Positions 9,756-19,968 are shown, counted from the stretch's first letter. The stretch is 64,000 nucleotides of DNA from Waterburya sp. (GCA_965217895.1 CBDCJV010000002.1:4736001-4800000), one strand, 5' to 3'. Notes: generated from the sequence alone by a model not told the origin. Numbers and translations: made by a program.

Positions 9756-10931
9756 ATGAGGCTAGTTACTGGTAAAGGATTTTTTCGGATTAGATGGACT
9801 GCGCTATATATTCTCTCTAAGCTCAAGTTTCTCCACGGTTTCTTATCCAAAGATACTAGGGACAGATTACCAGTTGGTTGGAACAATAAGATGTTCTGGC
9901 TTACTTTTAAGACCAATGGCAGAGAAGTATTTGGTGATTACTATGTTCCTTTGCGGGAACCAAATTCATACCAACCAAAGGTAAAGGTCGCCGAAGAATA
10001 TCACTTTACAGAAGAAGAAATCCGTAATTTTTACGACAAAGGTTTTATCGGACCTTTTACGTTGATGTCTCCAGAGGAAGCCGAGACGTTGAAACAGCAC
10101 GCAATTGAAATTGCCGAAAGTCCTTCAAAAATCTATTCTTATGAAGATGGCGATTACGAAATCGGTTTGACTCAAGAGGAAAACGTCAATAATAATTCTG
10201 GAGATGCCATCCTCAGTAACAGAGAGATGGGTCAAAAGAAAATGAACTGGCGCGATCGCCATTTAGAAGATGACGCTCTGCTTTCCTTATTTAAAAGTCC
10301 AGAGGTTACAGAAAGATGTGCGCAGCTTCTAGGGCCTGATTTAGTCTTGTGGAGGACTCAGTTTTTTCCCAAATCGAAGTCAATGTGTGGTACTCCTTGG
10401 CATCAGGCAACAACCTACCTATTTGACAATATGGCAGAGAATGTAGTGCAACCCCAAGACCCGTCGCAACTATTTCAGTTGACCGTTTGGATTGCCCTTA
10501 CTGATACTCCACGAGATAAAGCTCCTATGGCTTTGGTAAGAGGGAGTCATCGCGATATCTATCCTGTTATGGGTGGGCAAGAATTTAAGGCAGATCCCAA
10601 TGCCAAAAGAGAAGCAAATCGCCTCGGAACTATGTCTGTTACCCTCAAACACGAAATCAAACCCGAAGATGTTAATGTCGTGGAGATGAAAGCAGGTCAA
10701 TTTTTCATTTTTAGCGAGCGCGCACTCCATAGTTCCCTGGATAATCAACAAGAAGAATGGCGTTGGGCGATAAACGGTCGGATTGTTCCCACTCATACTC
10801 GTGTATATACGGACAAGATGTTGAATGAGGGTCATCTTTACCGAACTAATAATATCGTTAATCTTACTCTGGATAAGTGGAAAGGCATCTTGATTAGAGG
10901 CAAAGACCGTTTTGGATTGAACAGAATTTAA
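9756..10931 (+). CDS. Non-heme Fe(II)/2-oxoglutarate halogenase, SyrB2/BarB/CmaB-like (PhyH fold)
   Basis: GFIGPF, DRHLEDD, LGPDLVLWRTQFFPK, GTPWHQA (H216-X-A218), distal H325 in FFIFSERALHSS, and R..P...VY all parallel SyrB2-type enzymes; GGAG Shine-Dalgarno upstream. Confidence 0.8.
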   Translation: MRLVTGKGFFRIRWTALYILSKLKFLHGFLSKDTRDRLPVGWNNKMFWLTFKTNGREVFGDYYVPLREPNSYQPKVKVAEEYHFTEEEIRNFYDKGFIGPFTLMSPEEAETLKQHAIEIAESPSKIYSYEDGDYEIGLTQEENVNNNSGDAILSNREMGQKKMNWRDRHLEDDALLSLFKSPEVTERCAQLLGPDLVLWRTQFFPKSKSMCGTPWHQATTYLFDNMAENVVQPQDPSQLFQLTVWIALTDTPRDKAPMALVRGSHRDIYPVMGGQEFKADPNAKREANRLGTMSVTLKHEIKPEDVNVVEMKAGQFFIFSERALHSSLDNQQEEWRWAINGRIVPTHTRVYTDKMLNEGHLYRTNNIVNLTLDKWKGILIRGKDRFGLNRI

Positions 10932-10966
10932 GCTTCAAGCTTTGTCAATCGGATTTAGTATAACTA

Positions 10967-12262
10967 TTGTTTAAGAACTTTCGTTCTCTTTCTTTAGAGA
11001 CTAAGCAAATTCTCAGAATATTATTTATTTCTGGTCTGCTGTTTTGGTCAAGCTTGGCCTGTATGTTTCCTACCTTACCTTTGTACCTAGAAGATATTGG
11101 TCTAGAGCCATTTCAGTTAGGAATTGTCATTGCTAGTTTTGGTATTGGTGTTTTGCTTTCCCGCCCCGTCTTAGGCAAGCTGTCAGACTTACATAGTCGC
11201 AAGCTGGCTCTTATAATTGGTATGTCAGCAATGGCGATCGCACCAGTCGGATATTTAATCCCGCCAACGATGCCAATTATGATTGTAGTCAGAATTGTTC
11301 ATGGCGTTAGTCTGGCTGGATTTGCCTCTGCTTACCTGACATTTGTTGCCGACTTAGTTCCAGTGGCAAACCGAGGTGAAATCATGGGATATATGAGCTT
11401 GCAGCAACCCCTGGGACTTGCTTTCGGACCTATTATTGGCGGAGGATTGCTAGAGCTAACAAATCAGTATGCAATCTCCTTTGTGGCAGCTTCAGCTTTA
11501 GGAATCGGAGCAGTGCTGACTGCTTGCTGTTTACCAAAGCGATCGCCTCTGGAGCAACCGAAGAAAAGTCATCGCCTATTTTGGCACATATTTACTAAAC
11601 CCTATCTGCGTATACCTTCAGTAGTTATGACATTAGTTGGTATCTCAGTTGGTGGACTGCAAACCTATGTTTCGCCTTATATACGCTCAATGGCGGTTAA
11701 CTTAAGTCCTGGTTGGTTTTTTACCGTCATGGCAATATTTACTTTTTTGATCCGCTGTTTAGCTGGTTCTCGATCTGACCATTGGGGACGAGGGATTTTT
11801 ATTACCTATAGCTTAGTCTTCTCTTTGAGTGCGATGATTTTACTGTACAAAGCTCACAACGCTTTAACGTTAATCTTTGCAGCTATGCTACAGGGATCTG
11901 GATATGGAATTTTGGTGCCAATGATCGCCGCTTTGATAGCCGATCGCTCCGCCACCAGGGAGCGAGGAAGATCTTTTAGCCTCTGTATGATGGGCTTCGA
12001 TCTGGGTCTAATTTTGGGTGGACCGATGCTGATCAATGCTGCTGCAATTGTAATTTCAGGTGAAGTTGAGACAAATCTGAGGCTCTACCGCTATCTCTTT
12101 TGTCTGGCTGGAGGATCGATTACCCTAAGTTTGTTATTATTTTTGGCTTATGGCGGGGGGAGTTTTTCTCAATCAATTAAATTTGCCATTGGTCGGGGTC
12201 AAGATATTTACAGCCTAAATCTTCATCAACAGAATCATACTAAAGATCGCTCTGTCATTTAA
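10967..12262 (+). CDS. MFS transporter
   Basis: About 12 hydrophobic segments; motif A-like GKLSDLHSRK and GSRSDHWGR. Confidence 0.9.
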   Translation: MFKNFRSLSLETKQILRILFISGLLFWSSLACMFPTLPLYLEDIGLEPFQLGIVIASFGIGVLLSRPVLGKLSDLHSRKLALIIGMSAMAIAPVGYLIPPTMPIMIVVRIVHGVSLAGFASAYLTFVADLVPVANRGEIMGYMSLQQPLGLAFGPIIGGGLLELTNQYAISFVAASALGIGAVLTACCLPKRSPLEQPKKSHRLFWHIFTKPYLRIPSVVMTLVGISVGGLQTYVSPYIRSMAVNLSPGWFFTVMAIFTFLIRCLAGSRSDHWGRGIFITYSLVFSLSAMILLYKAHNALTLIFAAMLQGSGYGILVPMIAALIADRSATRERGRSFSLCMMGFDLGLILGGPMLINAAAIVISGEVETNLRLYRYLFCLAGGSITLSLLLFLAYGGGSFSQSIKFAIGRGQDIYSLNLHQQNHTKDRSVI

Positions 12263-12359
12263 AGTCAAAAGTCACGAAGAACTTGTCTGCACGTAGTCAG
12301 AAGTTTAAAACTAATATTGAGAAAATGTATTCATGTAAGAGATCTAATTAACAAAACTA

Positions 12360-14036
12360 ATGAAAATAGCGATCGCCCAACTTAACCCCACCATCGGCGA
12401 TATAACCAATAACGCCCAACAAATAATTGCTGCTGCTAATACCGCTGCTAAACAAAACGTACGTTTGTTACTTACTCCTGAATTATCGCTGTGTGGCTAT
12501 CCACCCAGAGACTTGTTGCTTTATTCTGACTTTGTGGAGTCGATGGCGCAAGAGCTGAAGGCGATCGCCAGGAAATTACCAGATAAGATTGCTGTCTTGG
12601 TTGGCACTGTAGAAAGAAATCCTCATGCAAACTCCAAAGGACAAAAACCTTTATACAACAGCATGGCTTTATTGGCTGAGGGAGAAATAAAGCAGATTTT
12701 TCATAAGCGTTTGTTGCCTACCTATGATGTATTTGATGAAGATCGTTATTTTGAACCTGGATATGAAGCCAATTATTTTACCTTGGACGATCTAAAGGTC
12801 GGCGTGAGCATCTGTGAAGACCTGTGGAATGATGAACAGTTTTGGGGGAAACGCAGCTATGAAATTAATCCTATTGAAGAATTGGCACAGTTAGGGGTAG
12901 ATATAATTGTTAACCTGTCAGCTTCTCCCTATAGCGTCGGTAAACAGAAGTTAAGAGAAGCGATGCTATATCATGCAGCTACAGCTTATCAGAAGCCCAT
13001 TTTGTACGCTAATCAGGTTGGGGGTAATGACGATCTGATTTTCGATGGTAATAGCGTGATGTTTAATCGTGCAGGGGAATTAGTCAGTCATGCTCAAAGT
13101 TTTGATACAGACTTGGTGGTAGTGGAGTTCGATCGGTTGCTGTCTTCTTCTATGGGAAACTGGGTGACAAAGAGACTGAGTGATAAAGATAGTAATGAAG
13201 AGATATTTTCCGCGTTGGTGCTGGGAGTCAAAGATTATGCCAGGAAATGTGGTTTTAGTCAGGCTATTTTAGGCTTGAGTGGGGGCATAGATTCAGCTTT
13301 GGTAGCCGCGATCGCTTCTTCGGCTTTGGGTGCAGAAAATGTATTCGGGGTACTAATGCCGTCTCCCTATAGTTCAGATCATTCCGTTAGCGATGCGATG
13401 GATTTGGTTAATAGTTTGGGGATAAAAAGCCAGCAGTTAGCCATCAAGCCAGGGATGGACGCTTATGATACTATTCTCGATCCTTTGTTTACGGGAACAG
13501 AATTTGGCATTGCCGAAGAAAATATCCAGTCGCGGATACGGGGTAATTTGCTAATGGCGATCGCCAACAAGTTTGGTTATTTGCTGCTTTCTACGGGTAA
13601 CAAGTCAGAAATGGCTGTCGGTTACTGCACTCTTTATGGCGACATGAATGGTGGCTTGGCGGTAATTGCTGATGTGCCAAAGACGAGGGTATTTGAACTG
13701 TGTCGCTGGCTCAATCGCCAACAAGAAGTAATCCCCGTTAATATTATTACTAAGCCTCCCAGTGCCGAATTAAAGCCAGAACAAAAAGACTCTGATTCTT
13801 TGCCACCTTATGAAATACTAGACGATATACTCGAGCGCATTATTTGTCTACATCAATCAACCGCCGACATCGTTAAGGCTGGACACGACACAGAAACTGT
13901 AGCTAAAGTAATGAAATTAGTTATCCGTGCAGAGTTTAAACGCCGTCAAGCCCCTCCAGGAATCAAGATTACCGATCGCGCCTTCGGTACTGGCTGGCGG
14001 ATGCCTATTGCTAAGAGGTTGTCGGCAGTAAAATAA
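12360..14036 (+). CDS. nadE: Glutamine-dependent NAD+ synthetase
   Basis: Nitrilase domain (PELSLCGYPPRD, ICEDLW) plus NAD synthase domain (LGLSGGIDS, ENIQSRIRG, TGNKSE). Confidence 0.96.
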   Translation: MKIAIAQLNPTIGDITNNAQQIIAAANTAAKQNVRLLLTPELSLCGYPPRDLLLYSDFVESMAQELKAIARKLPDKIAVLVGTVERNPHANSKGQKPLYNSMALLAEGEIKQIFHKRLLPTYDVFDEDRYFEPGYEANYFTLDDLKVGVSICEDLWNDEQFWGKRSYEINPIEELAQLGVDIIVNLSASPYSVGKQKLREAMLYHAATAYQKPILYANQVGGNDDLIFDGNSVMFNRAGELVSHAQSFDTDLVVVEFDRLLSSSMGNWVTKRLSDKDSNEEIFSALVLGVKDYARKCGFSQAILGLSGGIDSALVAAIASSALGAENVFGVLMPSPYSSDHSVSDAMDLVNSLGIKSQQLAIKPGMDAYDTILDPLFTGTEFGIAEENIQSRIRGNLLMAIANKFGYLLLSTGNKSEMAVGYCTLYGDMNGGLAVIADVPKTRVFELCRWLNRQQEVIPVNIITKPPSAELKPEQKDSDSLPPYEILDDILERIICLHQSTADIVKAGHDTETVAKVMKLVIRAEFKRRQAPPGIKITDRAFGTGWRMPIAKRLSAVK

Positions 14037-14051
14037 CTTCTTCCAAGTTGA

Positions 14052-14146
14052 TTATAGTCATTCTAATTAATTTCAGAGATGGTAATTTTGTATTGAAAAA
14101 AAGTCTAATACAACTTCTTACTCCCTACTTCCTACTTCCTACTTTC
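14052..14146 (+). repeat. Truncated MITE-like repeat with TTCCTAC heptamers
   Basis: Left end TTATAGTCATTCTAATTAATTTC...ATGGTAATTTTGTATTGA matches the left end of the element at 31612. Confidence 0.65.
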
Positions 14147-14152
14147 TGATTT

Positions 14153-15031
14153 ATGAACCTGCAAAAATCACTGATTAAGCAACAAAAGCTAACTCCATAC
14201 CTGTTTTTGCTACCGGCGATCGCTTTACTAGGATTAACGGTATTTTTACCTGCAATGTTAGCTTTTGCCCTCAGCTTTACTCAGATGTACGATCTGACTC
14301 AATTTCCTGAGTGGATTGGTTTAGCTAATTTTCGGAAACTGTGGCAAGACAAAGTGTTTTGGCAAATTGCTATTAATACATTGCTATATCTAATAGGAGT
14401 AGTACCAATTTTGGTAATTGCACCTTTAGGATTAGCAATTCTGGTCAATCAAAAATTGCGAGGCATAAATTGGTTTCGCACGGCTTTTTATGCTCCTGTA
14501 GTAATTTCGATGATTGTTGCTGGAATCGCTTGGAAAGCTCTTTATACGCAAAATGGATTACTCAATCAGTTGCTTCAGCAGCTAGGCTTGGCAGAAGGTA
14601 TTCCTTGGCTAACCGATCCCAAATTAGCCCTCTGGAGCGTTATGGTAGTAACTATTTGGAAAGGATTAGGTTACTACATGGTGATTTATTTGGCTGGATT
14701 ACAGTCAATTTCACAAGAACTATATGAAGCAGCAGCGATCGACGGTTCAGATAGCTGGAAAAAGCACTTAGATATTACCATTCCCTTAATGCGTCCTTAT
14801 TTATTCTTAGTAGCGGTAATCTCAGCCATTTCAGCTACCAAAGTATTTGAAGAAATTTATGTCATGACCAAAGGTGGTCCAGGAAATAGCTCTAAAACCG
14901 TAGTCTATTATTTATACGATAAGGCATTTGGATATGACTATGATATTAGCTACGCTAATACAATTGGTTTAGTGTTGTTTTTAAGTATTTTAGGTTTATC
15001 TATAATTAATCTCAAGCTGACAAATAATTAA
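14153..15031 (+). CDS. Carbohydrate ABC transporter permease
   Basis: EAA motif LYEAAAIDGS; transmembrane pattern. Confidence 0.92.
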   Translation: MNLQKSLIKQQKLTPYLFLLPAIALLGLTVFLPAMLAFALSFTQMYDLTQFPEWIGLANFRKLWQDKVFWQIAINTLLYLIGVVPILVIAPLGLAILVNQKLRGINWFRTAFYAPVVISMIVAGIAWKALYTQNGLLNQLLQQLGLAEGIPWLTDPKLALWSVMVVTIWKGLGYYMVIYLAGLQSISQELYEAAAIDGSDSWKKHLDITIPLMRPYLFLVAVISAISATKVFEEIYVMTKGGPGNSSKTVVYYLYDKAFGYDYDISYANTIGLVLFLSILGLSIINLKLTNN

Positions 15032-15035
15032 TTAC

Positions 15036-15185
15036 TAGACCTCTTGCATGAATAATAGATTAATTATTCTTGCTCCGTCCCTATGCTTGAGGAGACCTCA
15101 AGCGGTGCGGTGCGCTTTTTCCCTTTCTCCTTTCCCCTTTTACCTCTTGGTAAAGTAGTTGATAACGATTTGTGCGAGAAGTCTA
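15036..15185. mobile_element. MITE-like element with imperfect 18-bp terminal inverted repeats
   Basis: TAGACCTCTTGCATGAAT ... ATTTGTGCGAGAAGTCTA; internal hairpin GCTTGAGGAGACCTCAAGC and pyrimidine heptamers; related left end at 61622. Confidence 0.7.
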
Positions 15186-15240
15186 CTGATTATTGATTAT
15201 CTCGTACAGTTTTAACAATTTAGCTTTTGAGGCAAAAATT

Positions 15241-16260
15241 ATGAAAGCAGTTGGTTTAACCCAATACTTACCGATTGAAGACGATCGTAGTCTGCAAGAT
15301 GTTGACATTGATCGACCTGTAGCTAAGGAATATGACTTACTTATAGAAGTCAAAGCGATTTCAGTTAACCCTGTTGACACTAAAGTTCGCAGTCCAAAAG
15401 ATAAAGTCGAAGATCGACCGCGAATTCTGGGTTGGGATGCAGCAGGTATAGTAGCCGAAGTAGGAGAAAAAGTAACAGAGTTTCAACCTGGTGATGAGGT
15501 CTATTATGCAGGGGATATTACCCGTCCTGGCAGCAACAGTAAATTTCAGTTGGTGGATGAGCGGATTGTCGGCTATAAACCCAAGAATCTAGAGTTTGCG
15601 ACTTCAGCAGCTTTACCATTAACCAGTATTACTGCTTGGGAAGCTCTATTTGAAAGGTTGAACATTAGCAAAAATGGTGCAGATGCAGGCAAATCGATCT
15701 TAATCATCAATGGTGCTGGGGGTGTAGGTTCTATTGCCATTCAGCTAGCTAAAAGACTAGCCAAGCTGAACGTCATTGCTACTGCCTCGCGTCCAGAAAC
15801 GATCGCCTGGTGTCAGAAACTGGGCGCAAATGCGATCGCTAATCATCGTCATAATCTGGCAGAAGAAATTGCGAAAATAGGCTATGAAACTGTCGATTAT
15901 ATTTTGTGCTTAAACGATACTGATGGGCATTGGCAAGCGATCGCTCAAGCAATTAAACCCCAAGGCATCATCTGTAGCATCGTTGAAAATAAAAAACCAC
16001 TGCAAATGGATGTCTTGAAAAATAAGAGTGCAGGTTTAGTTTGGGAGTTGATGTTTACCCGTTCTATGTATCAGACTGATGATATGGCAGAACAAGGTAA
16101 ATTACTTAACAAAATTAGCCAGCTTATCGAAGCTGGGGTAATTGTCACAACCTGCAACGACATAGTTAAGCCAATTAATGCCAAAAATCTGAGAAATGTT
16201 CATCAGCGTATTGAAAAAGGCAGTGCAATTGGCAAGATAGTGCTTGCTGATTGGAATTAA
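15241..16260 (+). CDS. Zinc-type alcohol dehydrogenase-like / quinone oxidoreductase (MDR family)
   Basis: SVNPVDTK, ILGWDAAG, NGAGGVGS; start placed at ATG 15241, downstream of GAGG. Confidence 0.9.
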   Translation: MKAVGLTQYLPIEDDRSLQDVDIDRPVAKEYDLLIEVKAISVNPVDTKVRSPKDKVEDRPRILGWDAAGIVAEVGEKVTEFQPGDEVYYAGDITRPGSNSKFQLVDERIVGYKPKNLEFATSAALPLTSITAWEALFERLNISKNGADAGKSILIINGAGGVGSIAIQLAKRLAKLNVIATASRPETIAWCQKLGANAIANHRHNLAEEIAKIGYETVDYILCLNDTDGHWQAIAQAIKPQGIICSIVENKKPLQMDVLKNKSAGLVWELMFTRSMYQTDDMAEQGKLLNKISQLIEAGVIVTTCNDIVKPINAKNLRNVHQRIEKGSAIGKIVLADWN

Positions 16261-16413
16261 AAAAATTAAGCCAGTTAGACGATCGCTTTACTTCTAGTTT
16301 CTTAAACACAAAAAGCATCCGAGTTCTTAGATTAGCTGCTTGATGTTCAATGCTTAATGTAAAATGCTTTAAATCATTGTTTTAAGCTAATCAATTAACA
16401 TTCGGAGGATTTC

Positions 16414-16923
16414 ATGGACTTATCTCTTATCCCAGCACAGCCTGAACCTGGCGTAATTAACGTTTTAATCGAAATTGCTGGCGGTAGCAAAAACAAATAC
16501 GAATTTGATAAAGACATGAACGCCTTTGCCTTAGATCGCGTTCTTTTCGCCTCGGTAAAATATCCTTATGACTATGGTTTTGTGCCTAATACCCTAGCTG
16601 ATGATGGCGATCCTTTAGATGGAATGGTAATTATGGATGAGCCTACTTTCCCAGGCTGTGTCATTGCTGCGCGACCCATTGGTATGCTAGAAATGATCGA
16701 TGGTGGCGATCGCGATGAAAAAATTCTTTGTGTACCAGCCGAAGATCCTCGTTATAAAGAGGTCAAGTCTCTTAAAGATATTGCTCCTCACCGTTTAGAA
16801 GAGATTGCCGAGTTTTTTAGAACTTACAAAAACCTAGAAAAAAAAGCTACTGAAATCCAAGGTTGGAAAGATGTAGATGCAGTTAAACCTTTAGTAGAAG
16901 AGTGCATTAAAGCTTATAAGTAA
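16414..16923 (+). CDS. ppa: Inorganic pyrophosphatase
   Basis: [21 protein letters not shown] signature; GGAGG Shine-Dalgarno. Confidence 0.97.
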   Translation: MDLSLIPAQPEPGVINVLIEIAGGSKNKYEFDKDMNAFALDRVLFASVKYPYDYGFVPNTLADDGDPLDGMVIMDEPTFPGCVIAARPIGMLEMIDGGDRDEKILCVPAEDPRYKEVKSLKDIAPHRLEEIAEFFRTYKNLEKKATEIQGWKDVDAVKPLVEECIKAYK

Positions 16924-16938
16924 TTAGCATAATTATAT

Positions 16939-16973
16939 TTGGTAGGTTATGACATTTTGCTTGCCTACCAAAA
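16939..16973 (+). terminator. Hairpin downstream of ppa
   Basis: TTGGTAGG ... CCTACCAA inverted repeat. Confidence 0.5.
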
Positions 16974-17007
16974 ATTACGATCAAATAATCTCTAAAAAAA
17001 TATTAAT

Positions 17008-17364
17008 ATGCTTGTCAAATCAACTACCCGCCACGTTCGTATTTACAGTGCAGAAGTCCAAAACAATGAATTAATTCCCAGCGACAATGTTCTCACTTTG
17101 GATATCGATCCAGATAATGAGTTTAAATGGAGCGAAGATACTCTGCAAAAAGTTTATCGTCAATTTGATGACCTAGTAGAACAAAGTAATGGCGAAGATT
17201 TGAGTGAATACAATCTTCGTCGTATTGGTTCAGATCTAGAACACTTTATTCGTTCTTTGCTACAGAAGGGAGAAATTAGCTATAACTTGGGTGCGAGAGT
17301 ACGCAACTATAGTATGGGCTTACCCCGTATGGATAGTCCTGATACGGTCGGAAAATATCGTTAG
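17008..17364 (+). CDS. ndhM: NAD(P)H-quinone oxidoreductase subunit M
   Basis: KSTTRHVRIYSAE, LDIDPDNEF, NLRRIGSDLEHFIR, NYSMGLP. Confidence 0.95.
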   Translation: MLVKSTTRHVRIYSAEVQNNELIPSDNVLTLDIDPDNEFKWSEDTLQKVYRQFDDLVEQSNGEDLSEYNLRRIGSDLEHFIRSLLQKGEISYNLGARVRNYSMGLPRMDSPDTVGKYR

Positions 17365-17431
17365 ATTAATTCAAAAGCTTTAAGCTTTAGGCTCTAAGCT
17401 TTTGACTTCTGCTTTGTCTGAACTATAAGCC

Positions 17432-18349
17432 ATGATTTCAGTTATTTATTCCCCAGAATTTTTAGAACACAATACAGGTTACGGGCATCCTGAAAAAGCT
17501 AAACGGCTGACAGCGATCGCCCAAGCTCTACGAAAAGTTGCTTGGCACGAACAAATAGACTGGCAGTTACCTACTCCTCCAGAACAAAAAAAGGTACTGT
17601 CATACATTCAAAAAATTCACACCCCAGAACACATCAATCGTATTCAGACAGTAGCAGCAGCAGGAGGGGGGTATTTAGATGGAGATACACCAATTTCTGC
17701 CCGTAGCTATGATGTTGCCTTGCTGGCGGTTAGTGCTTGGCTAGATGGGGTAGATCGGGTGTTAAATCGGCAACAAACTACTTTTGTCTTATCTCGTCCC
17801 CCAGGACACCATGCCACCAGAGATAGGGCAATGGGGTTTTGTCTGTTTTCTAATGCAGCGATCGCCGCTGAATATGCCTTGACCAAGCCAGGAGTCGAGC
17901 GTGTAGGAATTTTAGACTGGGATGTGCATCATGGTAACGGTACAGAGGCGATCGTCCGCGACAATCCTCACCTAGCATATTGTTCTCTTCATCAGCACCC
18001 TTGTTATCCAGGTACAGGCAGTAATCAAAGCGATCGTGGTCAACATCAAAATATTCTCAATTTGCCGATGATGGCGGGCAGCAAAATTACGGATTATCAA
18101 CTAGCTTTTGAAACCAAAATAGTTCCCTTTTGGCAAAATTGGCAGCCCGATATTTTAATAGTTAGTGCTGGCTATGATGCCAATCATCAAGACCCTTTAG
18201 CAGGAATTTCTTTAGAACCCGCTGATTACAATTTGTTAACCAAATATGTTCTAAAAATTGCAAAGACCCCTTTATTTGGTTTAGAAGGAGGTTATCATTT
18301 AGATACTTTAGCTCAATCTGTAGTTGCCACTTTAAGTAATTGTCTGTAA
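17432..18349 (+). CDS. Histone deacetylase family protein
   Basis: HPE, RPPGHHA, GFCLF, DWDVHHGNGT, SAGYDA, LEGGY. Confidence 0.95.
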   Translation: MISVIYSPEFLEHNTGYGHPEKAKRLTAIAQALRKVAWHEQIDWQLPTPPEQKKVLSYIQKIHTPEHINRIQTVAAAGGGYLDGDTPISARSYDVALLAVSAWLDGVDRVLNRQQTTFVLSRPPGHHATRDRAMGFCLFSNAAIAAEYALTKPGVERVGILDWDVHHGNGTEAIVRDNPHLAYCSLHQHPCYPGTGSNQSDRGQHQNILNLPMMAGSKITDYQLAFETKIVPFWQNWQPDILIVSAGYDANHQDPLAGISLEPADYNLLTKYVLKIAKTPLFGLEGGYHLDTLAQSVVATLSNCL

Positions 18350-18468
18350 TAGTTGTTAATTATTTCTCATTAATCTTACTGAAAAATATTTCTTATTTAG
18401 AAACGTAAATTTATATCGTCTTCTTAATCCGTATTTTTACTAGATACAATATCGCGACTATTATAAAT

Positions 18469-19860
18469 ATGAATATTGCTACTTCAGAATCATCTTTGTA
18501 TCAGTTAATTCAGGACTTAGATGAGCCTCCAGTTAACATTGCTACTGGCGCAGAAACCCTCAAATCCTATGTTAGCTCTATTATCGATCTATTAATAGAA
18601 AAGCAAATTTCGACAACGGTTTGGGTAAAACTACCTCAAACTAAAAGCTGGCTAAAGCAAGTACAAAAATTACAGAAAGAAGGTAATGTTAAGCAAATTT
18701 ACTTATGCAGTAGCAAACAAAACAATCCTGCTCTAACTCTATTAGAAAGAAATTTGGAGCTGACTCCAGTTATCCCCGTTAATCTAAATAAAAATTCTAT
18801 TCTACAAAGAGAATCTTTTTTAATTGTTGTATCGACTGATTTTTGTAGTTTAGTATTAGCTCAGTGGCAGAAAAGCCAAATCAAAATTGAGTCTTCAGGA
18901 AAAAGATTGCAGCAACCATATCTAAAGATGGTTTCCAGTTTCGAGCCTCAAATAATTGCTGCTATATTGACAGGTGTTAGACAAAATATAGCTTCTGAAG
19001 ATAGTTCCTTAACAGGAAAAGATTTTAAAGTTGAGTTTAATTCAAATCCTCACCATGAGCTATTAAACAATCTCATGCTCAAACAGATTAGCTATAGTGA
19101 ATCTATTCAAAACAAGTTAGATTCTATAGCTAAAATTAGTCATATTCCTGAAAAAAGCTCAACTGTACTGGGATTACAAGAAGATTTTCTGAATAATTTG
19201 GTTCAAGAATTGCGCTCGCCTATTACCCACATGAAAACTGCTCTCAGTTTATTAGAATCAAAACAAATAAAAGGAGAACAGCGTCAACGTTACTTAAAGG
19301 TAGTCAGCGACGAATGCGATCGCCAAAATTCTTTGGTAGGTGGCTTACTAGAACTATTACAGCTTGATACTCCTGCCGAAGCCGAATACTTATACTTAGA
19401 TGATATTGTCCCAGGAATCGTCAGCACCTATCAGCCTTTAGCCGAAGAAAAAGAGATATTGCTGGGATATACTATTCCTGCCGATCTTCCGCCTATTTCT
19501 TGTCCTAATGCTTGGTTTAGACAGATCATTATTAATTTACTCAATAATAGTCTTCAATTTACTCCTCCTAAAGGCAGGGTGTTTGTCCAGGCAGCTCTTA
19601 AAAACGACGATGAAGATATAGAAATCTTAGTCATTGATACAGGAGTAGGTATTGCCACCCCAGAAATTAGTAAAATTTTTGATGGTTTTTATCGTACTAA
19701 ACCAACTACCAATAAGAAGGTTACGGGTGCAGGTTTGGGCTTAACTTTGGTGCAACAGCTAATTCAACGCTGCGGAGGTTCTATTTCTGTCACCAGCAAA
19801 GTCGGCAAAGGCACAACTTTTAAAGTATTAATGCCAGCCGTCCCTTTGGAGCTTATTTAA
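18469..19860 (+). CDS. Sensor kinase-like protein with probable DICT-like N-terminus; H-box His replaced by Gln
   Basis: VQELRSP (H-box position), NLLNNS, DTGVGI, IFDGFYR, GAGLGL. Confidence 0.8.
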   Translation: MNIATSESSLYQLIQDLDEPPVNIATGAETLKSYVSSIIDLLIEKQISTTVWVKLPQTKSWLKQVQKLQKEGNVKQIYLCSSKQNNPALTLLERNLELTPVIPVNLNKNSILQRESFLIVVSTDFCSLVLAQWQKSQIKIESSGKRLQQPYLKMVSSFEPQIIAAILTGVRQNIASEDSSLTGKDFKVEFNSNPHHELLNNLMLKQISYSESIQNKLDSIAKISHIPEKSSTVLGLQEDFLNNLVQELRSPITHMKTALSLLESKQIKGEQRQRYLKVVSDECDRQNSLVGGLLELLQLDTPAEAEYLYLDDIVPGIVSTYQPLAEEKEILLGYTIPADLPPISCPNAWFRQIIINLLNNSLQFTPPKGRVFVQAALKNDDEDIEILVIDTGVGIATPEISKIFDGFYRTKPTTNKKVTGAGLGLTLVQQLIQRCGGSISVTSKVGKGTTFKVLMPAVPLELI

Positions 19861-19968
19861 CGCTACATTTCGAGTTAAGACAATTAAACGGTTGAAGTAG
19901 CAAGTAGCAAGTAGCAAGTGCAGATAACAGTTTGAAAAATGTCCTAACGTTCTTGCGTATTGCCATAT
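19860..19968. repeat. Degenerate MITE-like repeat with AGTAGCA heptamers
   Basis: (AGTAGCA)3 at about 19897-19917; the right end GCGTATTGC is the reverse complement of GCAATACGC at the left end of the 58769 element. Confidence 0.5.

Noticed and set aside
247..12262. Recent horizontal acquisition of the cluster
   Set aside because: HIP1 sites occur in all three complete genes and no integrase, tRNA or flanking repeat is visible; composition was not computed
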